The notes below the pieces were generated by a model, which was not told where the DNA came from, did no database searches, and saw only the letters and a program-made list of their open reading frames with translations. Of a DNA stretch of 64,000 nucleotides, positions 40,279 through 49,370 are shown piece by piece. Made by a program: the position numbers and the translations under genes. Location: contig NC_089434.1 in the NCBI RefSeq assembly GCF_026210795.1, forward strand, positions 3,658,001 through 3,722,000, given 5' to 3'. Source of the stretch: Rhizophagus irregularis (Eukaryota). The stretch's first letter is position 1. The number at the start of each line of letters is the position of its first letter.

Positions 40279-40340
40279 CTAAGAATCGAACTCGTGTCTC
40301 GAAGTGGTAGGTGCGAATTATACCACTAAATCAAACATGC
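40279..40340 (-). other. Degenerate tRNA-Gly-like sequence inside the retrotransposon 3' UTR
   Basis: Minus strand GCATGTT TG ATTT AGTGGTA TAAT T CGCAC CTACCAC TTCG AGAC ACGAG TTCGATT CTTAG is collinear with eukaryotic tRNA-Gly, with A-box-like TGATTTAGTGG and B-box-like GAGTTCGATTC. Stems are imperfect and there is no contiguous 3' acceptor strand. Confidence 0.65.
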
Positions 40341-40572
40341 ATTGTCACTTGACTCAGCTGCATTTTAAATATTCCTTTTTGCTGCGTCTACATCTGCGGT
40401 TTATCATGTGTTTGTTAAGTCTACGGTTTTCCTGTACCGGATTTCACTTCGGTCTTTCTTAGGAAATTTTCATTAGTTTTTCCTATTTTCGAAAATTATT
40501 TTTATGTCATGTGATTTTATTTCACATGATTATAAATTATCTTTATTTTTCTAAGTCCATTGATGATAGTTA

Positions 40573-42354
40573 TCATTTACTCATCGGTGTATGGTAAGTC
40601 TTTAATAATTCTCCATTTACAGGTATCTTCTTGATGACACCTTTAATATTTTTAATTCTATAAGCTCCATTCGGTAGTATTTCATGAATGTAAAATGGTC
40701 CCAACCATTTTGATTCTAATTTTCCCGATAGTTGTTGTGCTTTGGCTTTATCATAGAGTAGTATTTTATCTCCAATTCCAAAGGTGTGTTCTTTGATTAT
40801 TTTTCTGTCATGATACTCTTTTTGTTTTGTTTGAGATTTCAGTATTTGTTCTTTGGCTTCATGTCGGATTTTTGGTAGTTCTTCTAATAATCCAACTATT
40901 CTATCACTTAGGTTAATTTCTTTGATATTTTCATCCATTATTGTCCGTACATTTCTTCCGTATGTTAAATAAAATGGTCGAATTCTTGTTGAACTATGCT
41001 TTTTATTTCGGTAAGCAAATAATATGGGTGCTATCCTTTGATCCCAATCATCTTTGGTTGATAATTTTGCTAATGCTTGACCTAATGTTCGGTTGAATCT
41101 TTCAACAAGTCCGTTTGTCTCTGGATGATAACTTGTAGAAAAATTCCATTTAATTTTGAATTTTTCCATTAATTCCTTAATCATTTCATTATTGAAATGA
41201 CTTCCTCTATCACTCAATATTTTCATTGGACATCCATGTCTACAAATGATGTCTTCATAAATAAATTTTGATACTTCTTTGGCAGTTGCTTCTTTTACTG
41301 CTTTGGCTTCTGGCCATTTTGTAAAATAATCCATTGCTACTATGATGTATTTATTACCATTTGTTGTTGTGTTCAATGGTCCCACAAAGTCAATCCCGAT
41401 TTGATACCATGGTTCTACTACTTTAATTGGGTGTAATTCATTTTTCCCTTGTGGTTTTCCTCTTCTTTGACATTCATCACATGTCCTTACATATCTTTCA
41501 ACATCATTCAGCATATTTTCCCAATAATATTTATCTTTTAAATTATCATAAGTACTTTTGATTCCCATATGTGCCGATAATTCATGACTGTGAGCTAAAT
41601 ATAGTGCTCCCATCTTTTCAAAGTCTTCTATTATTCTGATGTTTTTACCATTTTTCTCAATATGCTTTTTACCATCAGTTACTCTGATGTTATCCTTAAT
41701 CTCAACATTTTTAACCTCTATTGGTGGTTTATCTCCATCTAATTCTATTACTTTATTATATACTCTTTCCCAATCTGTGTCATTATTCGATATTTTAATA
41801 TTAGCATATTTTTCTCCTTCGTAAATATCTTGACATTCTTTAAATGATTTCACCATCTCCATATATCTTTCTTCATCTAATAATGGATATGATGTTTTAT
41901 GTCCTTGATCCTTTTTCGAATATTCTCTACCTTTGTAATTTTCCCAACATTTTTCATTTTCTAAAAATATCACTATTGATTCATCAATTATCCTTTTGTT
42001 CCTAAATACTTCCTTTTCTAATAGGTGGTTCTCATATCTTGTTATGTATCCTCTGTCGAATGATGGTGTATGTTGATAAAAGTACTCACTATAGGGACTT
42101 TTATCTAATATTAACCAATCCTCATTATCATGTTCTTCCATTCTCCTGTTGATTTGTTCGACAACTTCCTTCCTGAATTCCCATTCTATACCTTTCTTTG
42201 GTATTTTATACTTATCATTGTCCTCTCTTCTCCTTTTAAAGGTGTTAAACCTCACACTTTGTCCTACTTTTTCAAATTCTTTTATAAGTTTATTTACAAT
42301 GAATGTTTTTCCAGTACCATCAACTCCACATATGATTATTATTTTAGGTCCCAT
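40573..42354 (-). CDS. Fusion ORF: thymidylate/dNMP-kinase-like P-loop domain (about aa 1-205) + Gypsy integrase (HHCC, DDE, GPF/Y)
   Basis: KIIIICGVDGTGKT (Walker A) and WLILDKSPYSEYFYQ (compare TMK DRxxxSxxAYQ). Then HSHELSAHMG...CDEC, GIDFVGP, ILSDRGSHF, HPETNGLVERFN and KWLGPF. Confidence 0.85.
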   Translation of the reverse strand: MGPKIIIICGVDGTGKTFIVNKLIKEFEKVGQSVRFNTFKRRREDNDKYKIPKKGIEWEFRKEVVEQINRRMEEHDNEDWLILDKSPYSEYFYQHTPSFDRGYITRYENHLLEKEVFRNKRIIDESIVIFLENEKCWENYKGREYSKKDQGHKTSYPLLDEERYMEMVKSFKECQDIYEGEKYANIKISNNDTDWERVYNKVIELDGDKPPIEVKNVEIKDNIRVTDGKKHIEKNGKNIRIIEDFEKMGALYLAHSHELSAHMGIKSTYDNLKDKYYWENMLNDVERYVRTCDECQRRGKPQGKNELHPIKVVEPWYQIGIDFVGPLNTTTNGNKYIIVAMDYFTKWPEAKAVKEATAKEVSKFIYEDIICRHGCPMKILSDRGSHFNNEMIKELMEKFKIKWNFSTSYHPETNGLVERFNRTLGQALAKLSTKDDWDQRIAPILFAYRNKKHSSTRIRPFYLTYGRNVRTIMDENIKEINLSDRIVGLLEELPKIRHEAKEQILKSQTKQKEYHDRKIIKEHTFGIGDKILLYDKAKAQQLSGKLESKWLGPFYIHEILPNGAYRIKNIKGVIKKIPVNGELLKTYHTPMSK

Positions 42355-42583
42355 TTTTACATAATTCTGATAATTCTAGCTTGTTTACTTTACTTAATAT
42401 CACCTCTATTTGTAATATTTCCTCTTGAGTTTCCAATATTAATGGTCTTTCTTCACTATCTTCAAAATTTTTGGCTTTGAATTTATAGTTATAATTTATC
42501 CTGTTTAATTCCTTTGTTATACCTTCTAAATTTTCGATTATATCCTTTATTTTATGATTTGTATTTCTTACCACTTGTTCCAT
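42344..42583 (-). CDS. Small hypothetical ORF (79 aa, helical/coiled-coil-like) between RNase H and kinase-integrase
   Basis: AAAATGG start context. Fills the gap after the RT stop and overlaps the next ORF by 11 nt. No recognisable motif. Confidence 0.5.
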   Translation of the reverse strand: MEQVVRNTNHKIKDIIENLEGITKELNRINYNYKFKAKNFEDSEERPLILETQEEILQIEVILSKVNKLELSELCKNGT

Positions 42584-42618
42584 TTTATTTTTGAAAAGTA
42601 ACTCTTTTACCCCTCTAT

Positions 42619-44100
42619 TTATATTATTCTTGATAAGGCATCTGCATTTTTATTTTCTTTTCCTGGTCTATGGGTTATTTCAAAATCATACTGTTCCAAT
42701 TCCATGACCCATCTTGATCTCTTTCCTTTTGGTACTTTTGCAGTCATTAATCCCTTCAAAGCTGCATGGTCTGTTACTACCTCAAATTTTCTATTGATCA
42801 AGTATTTATGGAAATGTTGTATTCCCCATACAATTGCATAACATTCTTGTTCGGTTATTGGCCATCTTTGTTCTGTCCTGTTTAAACTTTTACTGGCATA
42901 TTCTATTACATATTCTTGACCTTTATCATCTTTTTGAGCTAACACTGCCCCTAATCCTATTCCTGAAGCATCTGTGATTAATATAAATTTCCTTAACCAA
43001 TCTGGTTGTCTTAACACTGGTTCTTCGGTTAATTTCCTTTTTAATATTTCTAATGCTTCATGTTGTTTGATGCCCCATTCAAACTTTTCATCTTTTCTCA
43101 ATAAAGATGTTATTGGTTTTACTATTTTTGAAAAATCTTTAATAAATTTTCTATAATACGTACATAACCCCAATATTGACCTTACACCTTTTATATTTAT
43201 AGGTGCTGTTAATTTTTGTATCTTTTCAACCTTTCCTGGACTTGGTTTTAATCCATTTTTACCAACTACATGTCCTAAAAATTCTATTTCTGTTTTTCCA
43301 AATATACATTTCTTTAACTTTAGTATTAAACTGGCTTCCTTTAATTTTTCTAACACTAACTTTATGTGTTTTAGGTGGTCTTCAAAATTTTCCGAATATA
43401 TCATTATATCATCAATGTATACTATCACAAATTCATTTAGGTACTCCTTTAATACTTTATCCATTAACCTTTGAAAACTTGCAGGTGCATTTGTTAACCC
43501 AAATGGCATGACATTATATTCATATAATCCTGCTGAGCATATGAATGCTGTTTTCTCAATATCTTCCTCAGCCATTTCTATCTGATTAAACCCTGATGCT
43601 AAATCTAGACTGGTAAACCATTTTCCTGAACTTATCCTTTCTAATTGTTCATCAATCCTTGGTAATGGATATGCATCTGTTATTGTAACTTTATTTAATT
43701 TTCTATAATCGATGCAAAACCTATAATTTCCAGACTTTTTCCCTGCTAAAGTCACTGGTGAAGACCATGGACTTCTAGATTCTCTAATTTTTCCCAATTT
43801 TAACATCTCGTCAACCTCTTTTCTGATGAATTTACCTTTTTCATCATTTTCTTTGTACCTCTTTTGGGCTATTGGTTCAGTACCCCCTTTTAATCTGATT
43901 TCATGTTTTACTAGGTTTGTCCTATTATATTTTTCACCATCGTACTCAAATATATCCTTATATTTTTCTACTAATACTTTTAATTTACCTTTTTGTTCAT
44001 TGGTTATGTCCCCTACTTTAAATTTTTCAGTAAATTTTTCATGGTCACTTTTGTGCTTCTTTATCGTCTCTTCAGTATCATTCTGACCAAGACTTATACT
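42619..44100 (-). CDS. Reverse transcriptase + RNase H (frame open from 44100; first Met at 43806)
   Basis: RFCIDYRKLN, LDLASGF, MPFGLTNAP, YIDD, TDAS, VTDH and NADALSR. The upstream open frame encodes the usual pre-RT segment (KHEIRL...PIAQKRY...EVDEML). Confidence 0.95.
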   Translation of the reverse strand, partial: SISLGQNDTEETIKKHKSDHEKFTEKFKVGDITNEQKGKLKVLVEKYKDIFEYDGEKYNRTNLVKHEIRLKGGTEPIAQKRYKENDEKGKFIRKEVDEMLKLGKIRESRSPWSSPVTLAGKKSGNYRFCIDYRKLNKVTITDAYPLPRIDEQLERISSGKWFTSLDLASGFNQIEMAEEDIEKTAFICSAGLYEYNVMPFGLTNAPASFQRLMDKVLKEYLNEFVIVYIDDIMIYSENFEDHLKHIKLVLEKLKEASLILKLKKCIFGKTEIEFLGHVVGKNGLKPSPGKVEKIQKLTAPINIKGVRSILGLCTYYRKFIKDFSKIVKPITSLLRKDEKFEWGIKQHEALEILKRKLTEEPVLRQPDWLRKFILITDASGIGLGAVLAQKDDKGQEYVIEYASKSLNRTEQRWPITEQECYAIVWGIQHFHKYLINRKFEVVTDHAALKGLMTAKVPKGKRSRWVMELEQYDFEITHRPGKENKNADALSRII

Positions 44101-44621
44101 TTAAAATTTTCATCTTCCTGACCTTCATGGTCATCTTCATATATGTTATACAATTCATCCTGGTATAATTCTTCTAATATTTCCTCTTCATCAAATGTTT
44201 CTTCAAACCCTTTAATGGTCCTTTGTGTGTATTTTACTGGTATATCCATAGTTTCATCATTCATTCTAATTATTATTGTTTTATCTGTGTAATCTATATT
44301 TGCTTTGAACATATCTAATACTCCATTTCCTAACACAATTTCGTTTTTTCCTGAATCAATTACTTCAACCTTAATGGGTATTTCTTTATCCCCAAATTGT
44401 ATGTATATTGTCGTGGTACCCCTAGATGCTAATTTATCCTCATTTATCATCACACATCTTACTGTACTCGGTTCCTCAATTTTTAGGTCCATTTCATCCA
44501 TTATCTGACTAGTTATTACATTTACTGCTGCTCCTGTATCAAACATTACGTCCTTTAATTCTTGGTTTATTATTAATTTACCTCTTAATGCAGTTAAATG
44601 CTCTGCTTCAATGTTGTTCAT
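44094..44621 (-). CDS. Retropepsin-like aspartic protease, in frame with gag across a single TGA
   Basis: VMFDTGAAVNVI catalytic motif and IVLGNGVL. Confidence 0.9.
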   Translation of the reverse strand: MNNIEAEHLTALRGKLIINQELKDVMFDTGAAVNVITSQIMDEMDLKIEEPSTVRCVMINEDKLASRGTTTIYIQFGDKEIPIKVEVIDSGKNEIVLGNGVLDMFKANIDYTDKTIIIRMNDETMDIPVKYTQRTIKGFEETFDEEEILEELYQDELYNIYEDDHEGQEDENFKV

Positions 44622-44633
44622 TGATTCTTGTAG

Positions 44634-47600
44634 TCAATCTGTTTGTGGATACCTTCTCATACCATCATAATATATTTTTCTTTGTTCTGGGCTCATATCT
44701 ATAATTTGTGAAAAAGTTGCATTTGCTCTGGTACTTTTCATATCCTCTAATACGTTATATTTTGGTATATTTCTTTGAAATGCGCTTGTCCTATGAATAC
44801 CTTCAACACGTTCATTTTTACATTGTTTTGCATAGTGACCTCTTTGTCCACAATTTCCACATGTATTATTATTTCTCCTTGCTTCTTGTGCTTTCCTCAG
44901 ACTTTCATCAGTGAATCCCCTTTTTGGTAATGCTGCTGCCCTTTCCTCTTGGCTTGCATATTTATTATTTCTTCTTCGTGTTTGTTCTTGGTCAATTTCC
45001 ATATCTATATCTCGATCACTTGACCTATTTTTTATGTTACTTCTCGTTTGTCTTTCACCTATATAAAAATCTTGATCAACATGGTTAAATGTTACATCAT
45101 TATCTTGATAATACGGGTCGTCATAACTATATCCTTGATCATAATTATCCTGATAATCCTGACTATCATAATCATATTGGTCATATTGGTCATTATAATT
45201 ATCATATTCCACTACATTGAATCCTCGATTATTGTTTTGGTGGTTTGGTGGTCTGTTATAGTTATTTGGTCTTCCATTATAGTTATTTGATCTTCTATTA
45301 TAATTTTGATTATTTGGTCTTCCATAGTTTCTTTGACCATTATTTACCCTACATTCATTTGCATAATGTCCTGGTTGTTTACAATTATAACATGCTCGAG
45401 GTGGTGGTCCTTGTCTATTATTATTGTTTGGTGGTCTCTTTTGCCCTCCAAGTTGATTTACTAGTTTTACCTCTAATTTTTTAAACATGTCGGCAAGGTC
45501 ATCCTCATAATTTTTCTCCAATGGTTTTTCAAATATATTCTTTGGTTTGTCATCTTGTATATCGATTCCTTTTCTTTGGGTACTAACTGATATACCATGT
45601 GTCTTTCTTATTAATTCATTAGTAGCTTCCTCTTCTCTTCTTGCTGTATTCACTGCATCATTTAAATTTGCTGGGTTTTGTCTTCTGACTTGATATCCCA
45701 ATGTTGGTGTTAATCCTTCGATATAATTATCCACTTGTAATTCATCATCTAATGCATGGCCTCTGGTAGCTATCCTTAATATTTGTCTAAACCTTATCGT
45801 ATATGCCTCAACATTTTCATTTACTCCTTGTGTTATTTTCCTTAATTCTAACATTTTCCTTTTTCTAACATCTTCCCTGGTAAATCTTTGTTTAATCCTA
45901 TGTTTTAAATCATTATCATTATCGTTATCTTGCCAATTTACCAAATGACCATTGTTTGCTTCCTTCTTTTCATTATACCATTGTGCTGCTGCACCTTTCA
46001 AACAGGTAGCTGCCATTGCTGCTTGTCTAGCTCCATTTACTCCTGCTGCTTTTCCTATAGCAGTAAATGCTGTTTCAAATTGTCTTACCCAATCGTTTAC
46101 GTCTTCTTCTTCCCTTCCATAAAATTGTGGCATACTAATTATTCCTCCAGCTACATTTCCTGCATCCTCAATTGCATTTGCTAATGGGTTGGCTGCGACT
46201 AATCCAGCCCAATTACCTCCTATATCATGTCCCGTTGCTGCTAGTAAAGCCGCTCTAAAATCTTCCCTTACTTCAGCTCTTGTTGCTCCCATAATTATTG
46301 GTACTATTGGTAGAATTGGTGGTATCGGTGGTGTTAAAGGTGTTTCAAATAAATTTTCTATATTATAATCAGATATTTCGCTTTTATTTTCAGAATTTGA
46401 TTCTGAACTTTCACTTGAGTCAAAACCAGGTCTATTTATAATGTTTTCTTCATAAGGTTCTTCAAAATTTTCATTGTTATCAGTATCATTTGGATTTAAA
46501 ATTTCTCCGTCTTTTCCAGATCCATCTGATTCTTTTTCAGATCCATCAGATTTTTCATTATCAGATTCATTTCCACTACTTTCACTATCCTCAATTCCAG
46601 CTTGCTGTTTTAGAAATTTATCTAATATTCGCCTTAAATTTTTCTCCATTTCATTTTTATTTCCTTGGAATATTTCAATAAATTCTTGATCCAATATTTC
46701 TCCATCAGTATATCCCATACTGATTAACCTCAATAACTCTCCATTAGTTATTCCTATTTTATTATCATCACATACTTGTTTCAATCTTTTAACCCTGATA
46801 TCAATTTCATTTTCGTCATTCTCACAATCCCTACACTTGGTTTTTCCTTCGTCAAATTTATTGTTCATCCATCTTATTCCACATTCATCACAAAATGTGG
46901 TATTTTCATTTATCCATTCATATAATTTTATCCTTAATTCTTTGTCATTCGTATTAATTTCCTGGAAATATTTTTCCATAAATTCCGTTGTTAATATTAT
47001 ACTATTGCTTATCCTGAATTCTCTTATTCTCCCTATTTCTGACACATTTAATTCGTATCCTAGTTTTTCTAAGTCATCCTTTAATTCTAATAACTCTTTT
47101 TGTTCACAATTTTTACATTGTCCAATGTCTGCTATCATATCAGGTAACTTTCTATTTCTACAATTTCCACATCTTAATGTTTCTTTTGTTAACCATTCAT
47201 TTATTTCATCCTTCAATTTTTCATCACTTAATCCCATTAATTCGGAAAATGTACCTAAAAAGTCCTCTGTTAATATCAATTCTATCCTTATCCTTAGGTC
47301 CCACATTCTTTGTATATCTTTGTCAGTGAACCCTCCACCCATTTCTTCAATTTTTCTTTTTAATGATTCTACTGTCCATTCGACATCATCCTCTATTTTT
47401 ATTTCATAATGTATACTACCATCACTGTCCTCCAATTCATAACTTTCAGGACTAGCACTTTCTGGGTCTTCAGGTTCCCTTGTAAATTGTTTGGTGTCAA
47501 TAAATCTTTGTAACACTTTCCGTATCAATCTTTCCCATTCTTGTTGTTTTGATTCTTCCTTTCCTAATGAGTTTCTGTAAACAATTGTATTCGTTAAATC

Positions 47601-48218
47601 AATTACTTCTCTTATTTTTTTAGTTATGGTTTCTTCCATGTATAATAATTTCCTGAATATTACTATCGTTTCTGGTGTCGCATGGATTACTTCCACCCCA
47701 AATTCTAATATTGAACCGTACCATTCCCAAAATTTTTGAAATCTGTTTTCAATATCCCAATCTTCCAAAATATATCCATGTTCCATTATTTCTGGACATC
47801 CAATTAACCGGTCAAATACTTCATTTTCCAAGTTTCCTTCAATACAATCCCTTACAATTACTACAATTATTATTCTCAATCCTTTTTCCTTCATTTTTGG
47901 TTGTTGTCTGTACCTTATTGATTCAATTATTCTATCTACTATATTCCTACATTTTCCCTTATGTATTGTATCCTCCCTTTCTCTATTGTCCATACTTAAT
48001 AAATTCAATAATTCTTTATGTGTTACATTATTGTACATTAGTATTGTATCCTCAAATTTAAATAAAGCATCCCAAAATTTCTTGAATGCCGCTGATACTT
48101 CTCTTTCTATTGGATTACATATTTCACATGCTAAACATTCCTCTGGTTCTATCACTCCTAGGTCATGTTCTTGTTTATGGTTTATATATTCAGCGTTCCA
48201 AACATGGTACCATTCCAT
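44634..48218 (-). CDS. Large Gag-containing ORF (1194 aa) with about 640-aa N-terminal extension, capsid-like domain and two CCHC knuckles
   Basis: PQFYGREEEDVNDWVRQFE...CLKGAAAQWY...ITQGVNENVEAYTIRF (retrotransposon gag). Knuckles CYNCKQPGHYANEC and CGNCGQRGHYAKQC. Confidence 0.92.
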   Translation of the reverse strand: MEWYHVWNAEYINHKQEHDLGVIEPEECLACEICNPIEREVSAAFKKFWDALFKFEDTILMYNNVTHKELLNLLSMDNREREDTIHKGKCRNIVDRIIESIRYRQQPKMKEKGLRIIIVVIVRDCIEGNLENEVFDRLIGCPEIMEHGYILEDWDIENRFQKFWEWYGSILEFGVEVIHATPETIVIFRKLLYMEETITKKIREVIDLTNTIVYRNSLGKEESKQQEWERLIRKVLQRFIDTKQFTREPEDPESASPESYELEDSDGSIHYEIKIEDDVEWTVESLKRKIEEMGGGFTDKDIQRMWDLRIRIELILTEDFLGTFSELMGLSDEKLKDEINEWLTKETLRCGNCRNRKLPDMIADIGQCKNCEQKELLELKDDLEKLGYELNVSEIGRIREFRISNSIILTTEFMEKYFQEINTNDKELRIKLYEWINENTTFCDECGIRWMNNKFDEGKTKCRDCENDENEIDIRVKRLKQVCDDNKIGITNGELLRLISMGYTDGEILDQEFIEIFQGNKNEMEKNLRRILDKFLKQQAGIEDSESSGNESDNEKSDGSEKESDGSGKDGEILNPNDTDNNENFEEPYEENIINRPGFDSSESSESNSENKSEISDYNIENLFETPLTPPIPPILPIVPIIMGATRAEVREDFRAALLAATGHDIGGNWAGLVAANPLANAIEDAGNVAGGIISMPQFYGREEEDVNDWVRQFETAFTAIGKAAGVNGARQAAMAATCLKGAAAQWYNEKKEANNGHLVNWQDNDNDNDLKHRIKQRFTREDVRKRKMLELRKITQGVNENVEAYTIRFRQILRIATRGHALDDELQVDNYIEGLTPTLGYQVRRQNPANLNDAVNTARREEEATNELIRKTHGISVSTQRKGIDIQDDKPKNIFEKPLEKNYEDDLADMFKKLEVKLVNQLGGQKRPPNNNNRQGPPPRACYNCKQPGHYANECRVNNGQRNYGRPNNQNYNRRSNNYNGRPNNYNRPPNHQNNNRGFNVVEYDNYNDQYDQYDYDSQDYQDNYDQGYSYDDPYYQDNDVTFNHVDQDFYIGERQTRSNIKNRSSDRDIDMEIDQEQTRRRNNKYASQEERAAALPKRGFTDESLRKAQEARRNNNTCGNCGQRGHYAKQCKNERVEGIHRTSAFQRNIPKYNVLEDMKSTRANATFSQIIDMSPEQRKIYYDGMRRYPQTD

Positions 48219-48384
48219 TTTTAATAAAATTCTCTAAAAATTTTCACGTCTTTTACTTTTTATCCTTCTTTTATATTTTATTTGACCTATACTGGGCTTG
48301 CCTTTACCTCATTTGTTCATTACTGAGTATGGTAGTTTACAGGTTTGTACAAATAATTTTATATTTTTCCTTAAAATTCCCAAC

Positions 48385-48912
48385 CTAAGGTTGGAGTGTG
48401 AATCCATATTTGATTTGTCCGATTATTTGTTGTATTTCCGGATTTGTCAATTTTATAATAGTCGTTACAAATGTTTCCTTTACTCTATATATCTTATCTT
48501 GACCAATTTCAGTAAAAAGTTTATATATTTTTATAGCTCCTTGCATCCTTTTCCTTAATGCTTCCTTTTTCTTTCGTTTTTCATCAGTACTTTCATTAAC
48601 TATAAATTCCATCATTTCATCATATAATTCTTCTCTAGCTGTCTGGTCTGGCTTTGTTTGATTTATTCTTGCTTTAATTTCTCGTTCAAAAATTTGTCCA
48701 ATATTGTACCATATTAAGATGTTTTTACCATTTGTATTTCCAAGACTGATGTATCTTTCTACTAATTTTTCAACATCATGAATTTCTACATTTTGTATTT
48801 CTGGTATCAATAGGTCTTCCACATTTACCGGTGTCAACAATTCATTTATAAATCTTTCCACTTTATTCTCACTTTTGGTCCTTTTCACATGTTCTCTATT
48901 ATCACAGGTCAA
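48385..48912 (-). CDS. Accessory ORF upstream of gag (function unknown); probably starts at ATG 49067 across a -1 frameshift at an A10 run
   Basis: 175-aa protein-like open frame. An upstream AAAATGG-initiated frame of about 50 codons joins it if one A is added at about 48920-48929, giving KKKKKRCLTCD. Confidence 0.7.
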   Translation of the reverse strand: MTCDNREHVKRTKSENKVERFINELLTPVNVEDLLIPEIQNVEIHDVEKLVERYISLGNTNGKNILIWYNIGQIFEREIKARINQTKPDQTAREELYDEMMEFIVNESTDEKRKKKEALRKRMQGAIKIYKLFTEIGQDKIYRVKETFVTTIIKLTNPEIQQIIGQIKYGFTLQP

Positions 48913-49181
48913 ACATCTCTTTTTTTTTTCTTGGGTGGTCTAACATCATAGATGGTCTTTAGACTGATGGCCTTATTATCTTCATTATAAATTTTTAATT
49001 TAATTCCTTTTCCTTTACACAAATATTTTTCTGAATCCTCTTTTGTTAAATTGATTTTGTATTCCATTTTATGGGTGAGAGATCGAATTCCTCACCTTTT
49101 TATAACTTTCCTTGAATATATTTGTCCAGCAAATATTATTTTTAATAAAAATTTTTAATCATGATTTTTCTTGGGTACCCT

Positions 49182-49370
49182 CACACAGAATTGTTTTTGA
49201 AAGTTCACACAGAACTATTCTCAATTGATTACACAGAATACCTCAATTGAGTTCACACAGAAAAAGCTCACACAGAACTATTCTCAATTGATCACACAGA
49301 AAACCTCAATTGAGTTCACACAGAATTATTCTCAATTGATCACACAGAAAACCTCAATTGAGTTCACAGA
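49182..49370. repeat. Tandem repeats in the retroelement 5' UTR
   Basis: Repeated cacacagaa(c/t)tattctcaattgat / cacagaaaacctcaattgagtt units. Confidence 0.85.

Noticed and set aside
40279..40340. Functional tRNA-Gly gene
   Set aside because: The anticodon and T stems have mismatches and the 3' acceptor strand is not contiguous. Reported only as tRNA-like.
44083..44099. 17-nt GT..AG micro-intron that would fuse protease and RT in frame
   Set aside because: Far shorter than the 58-129-nt introns seen in this window, with no room for a branch point.
41639..48558. Many plus-strand ORFs of 60-190 aa
   Set aside because: Antisense shadows of the retrotransposon ORFs with low-complexity Ile/Phe/Ser composition.
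49182..49370. CRISPR-like array
   Set aside because: Units are adjacent tandem repeats without unique spacers, in a eukaryotic LTR element's UTR.
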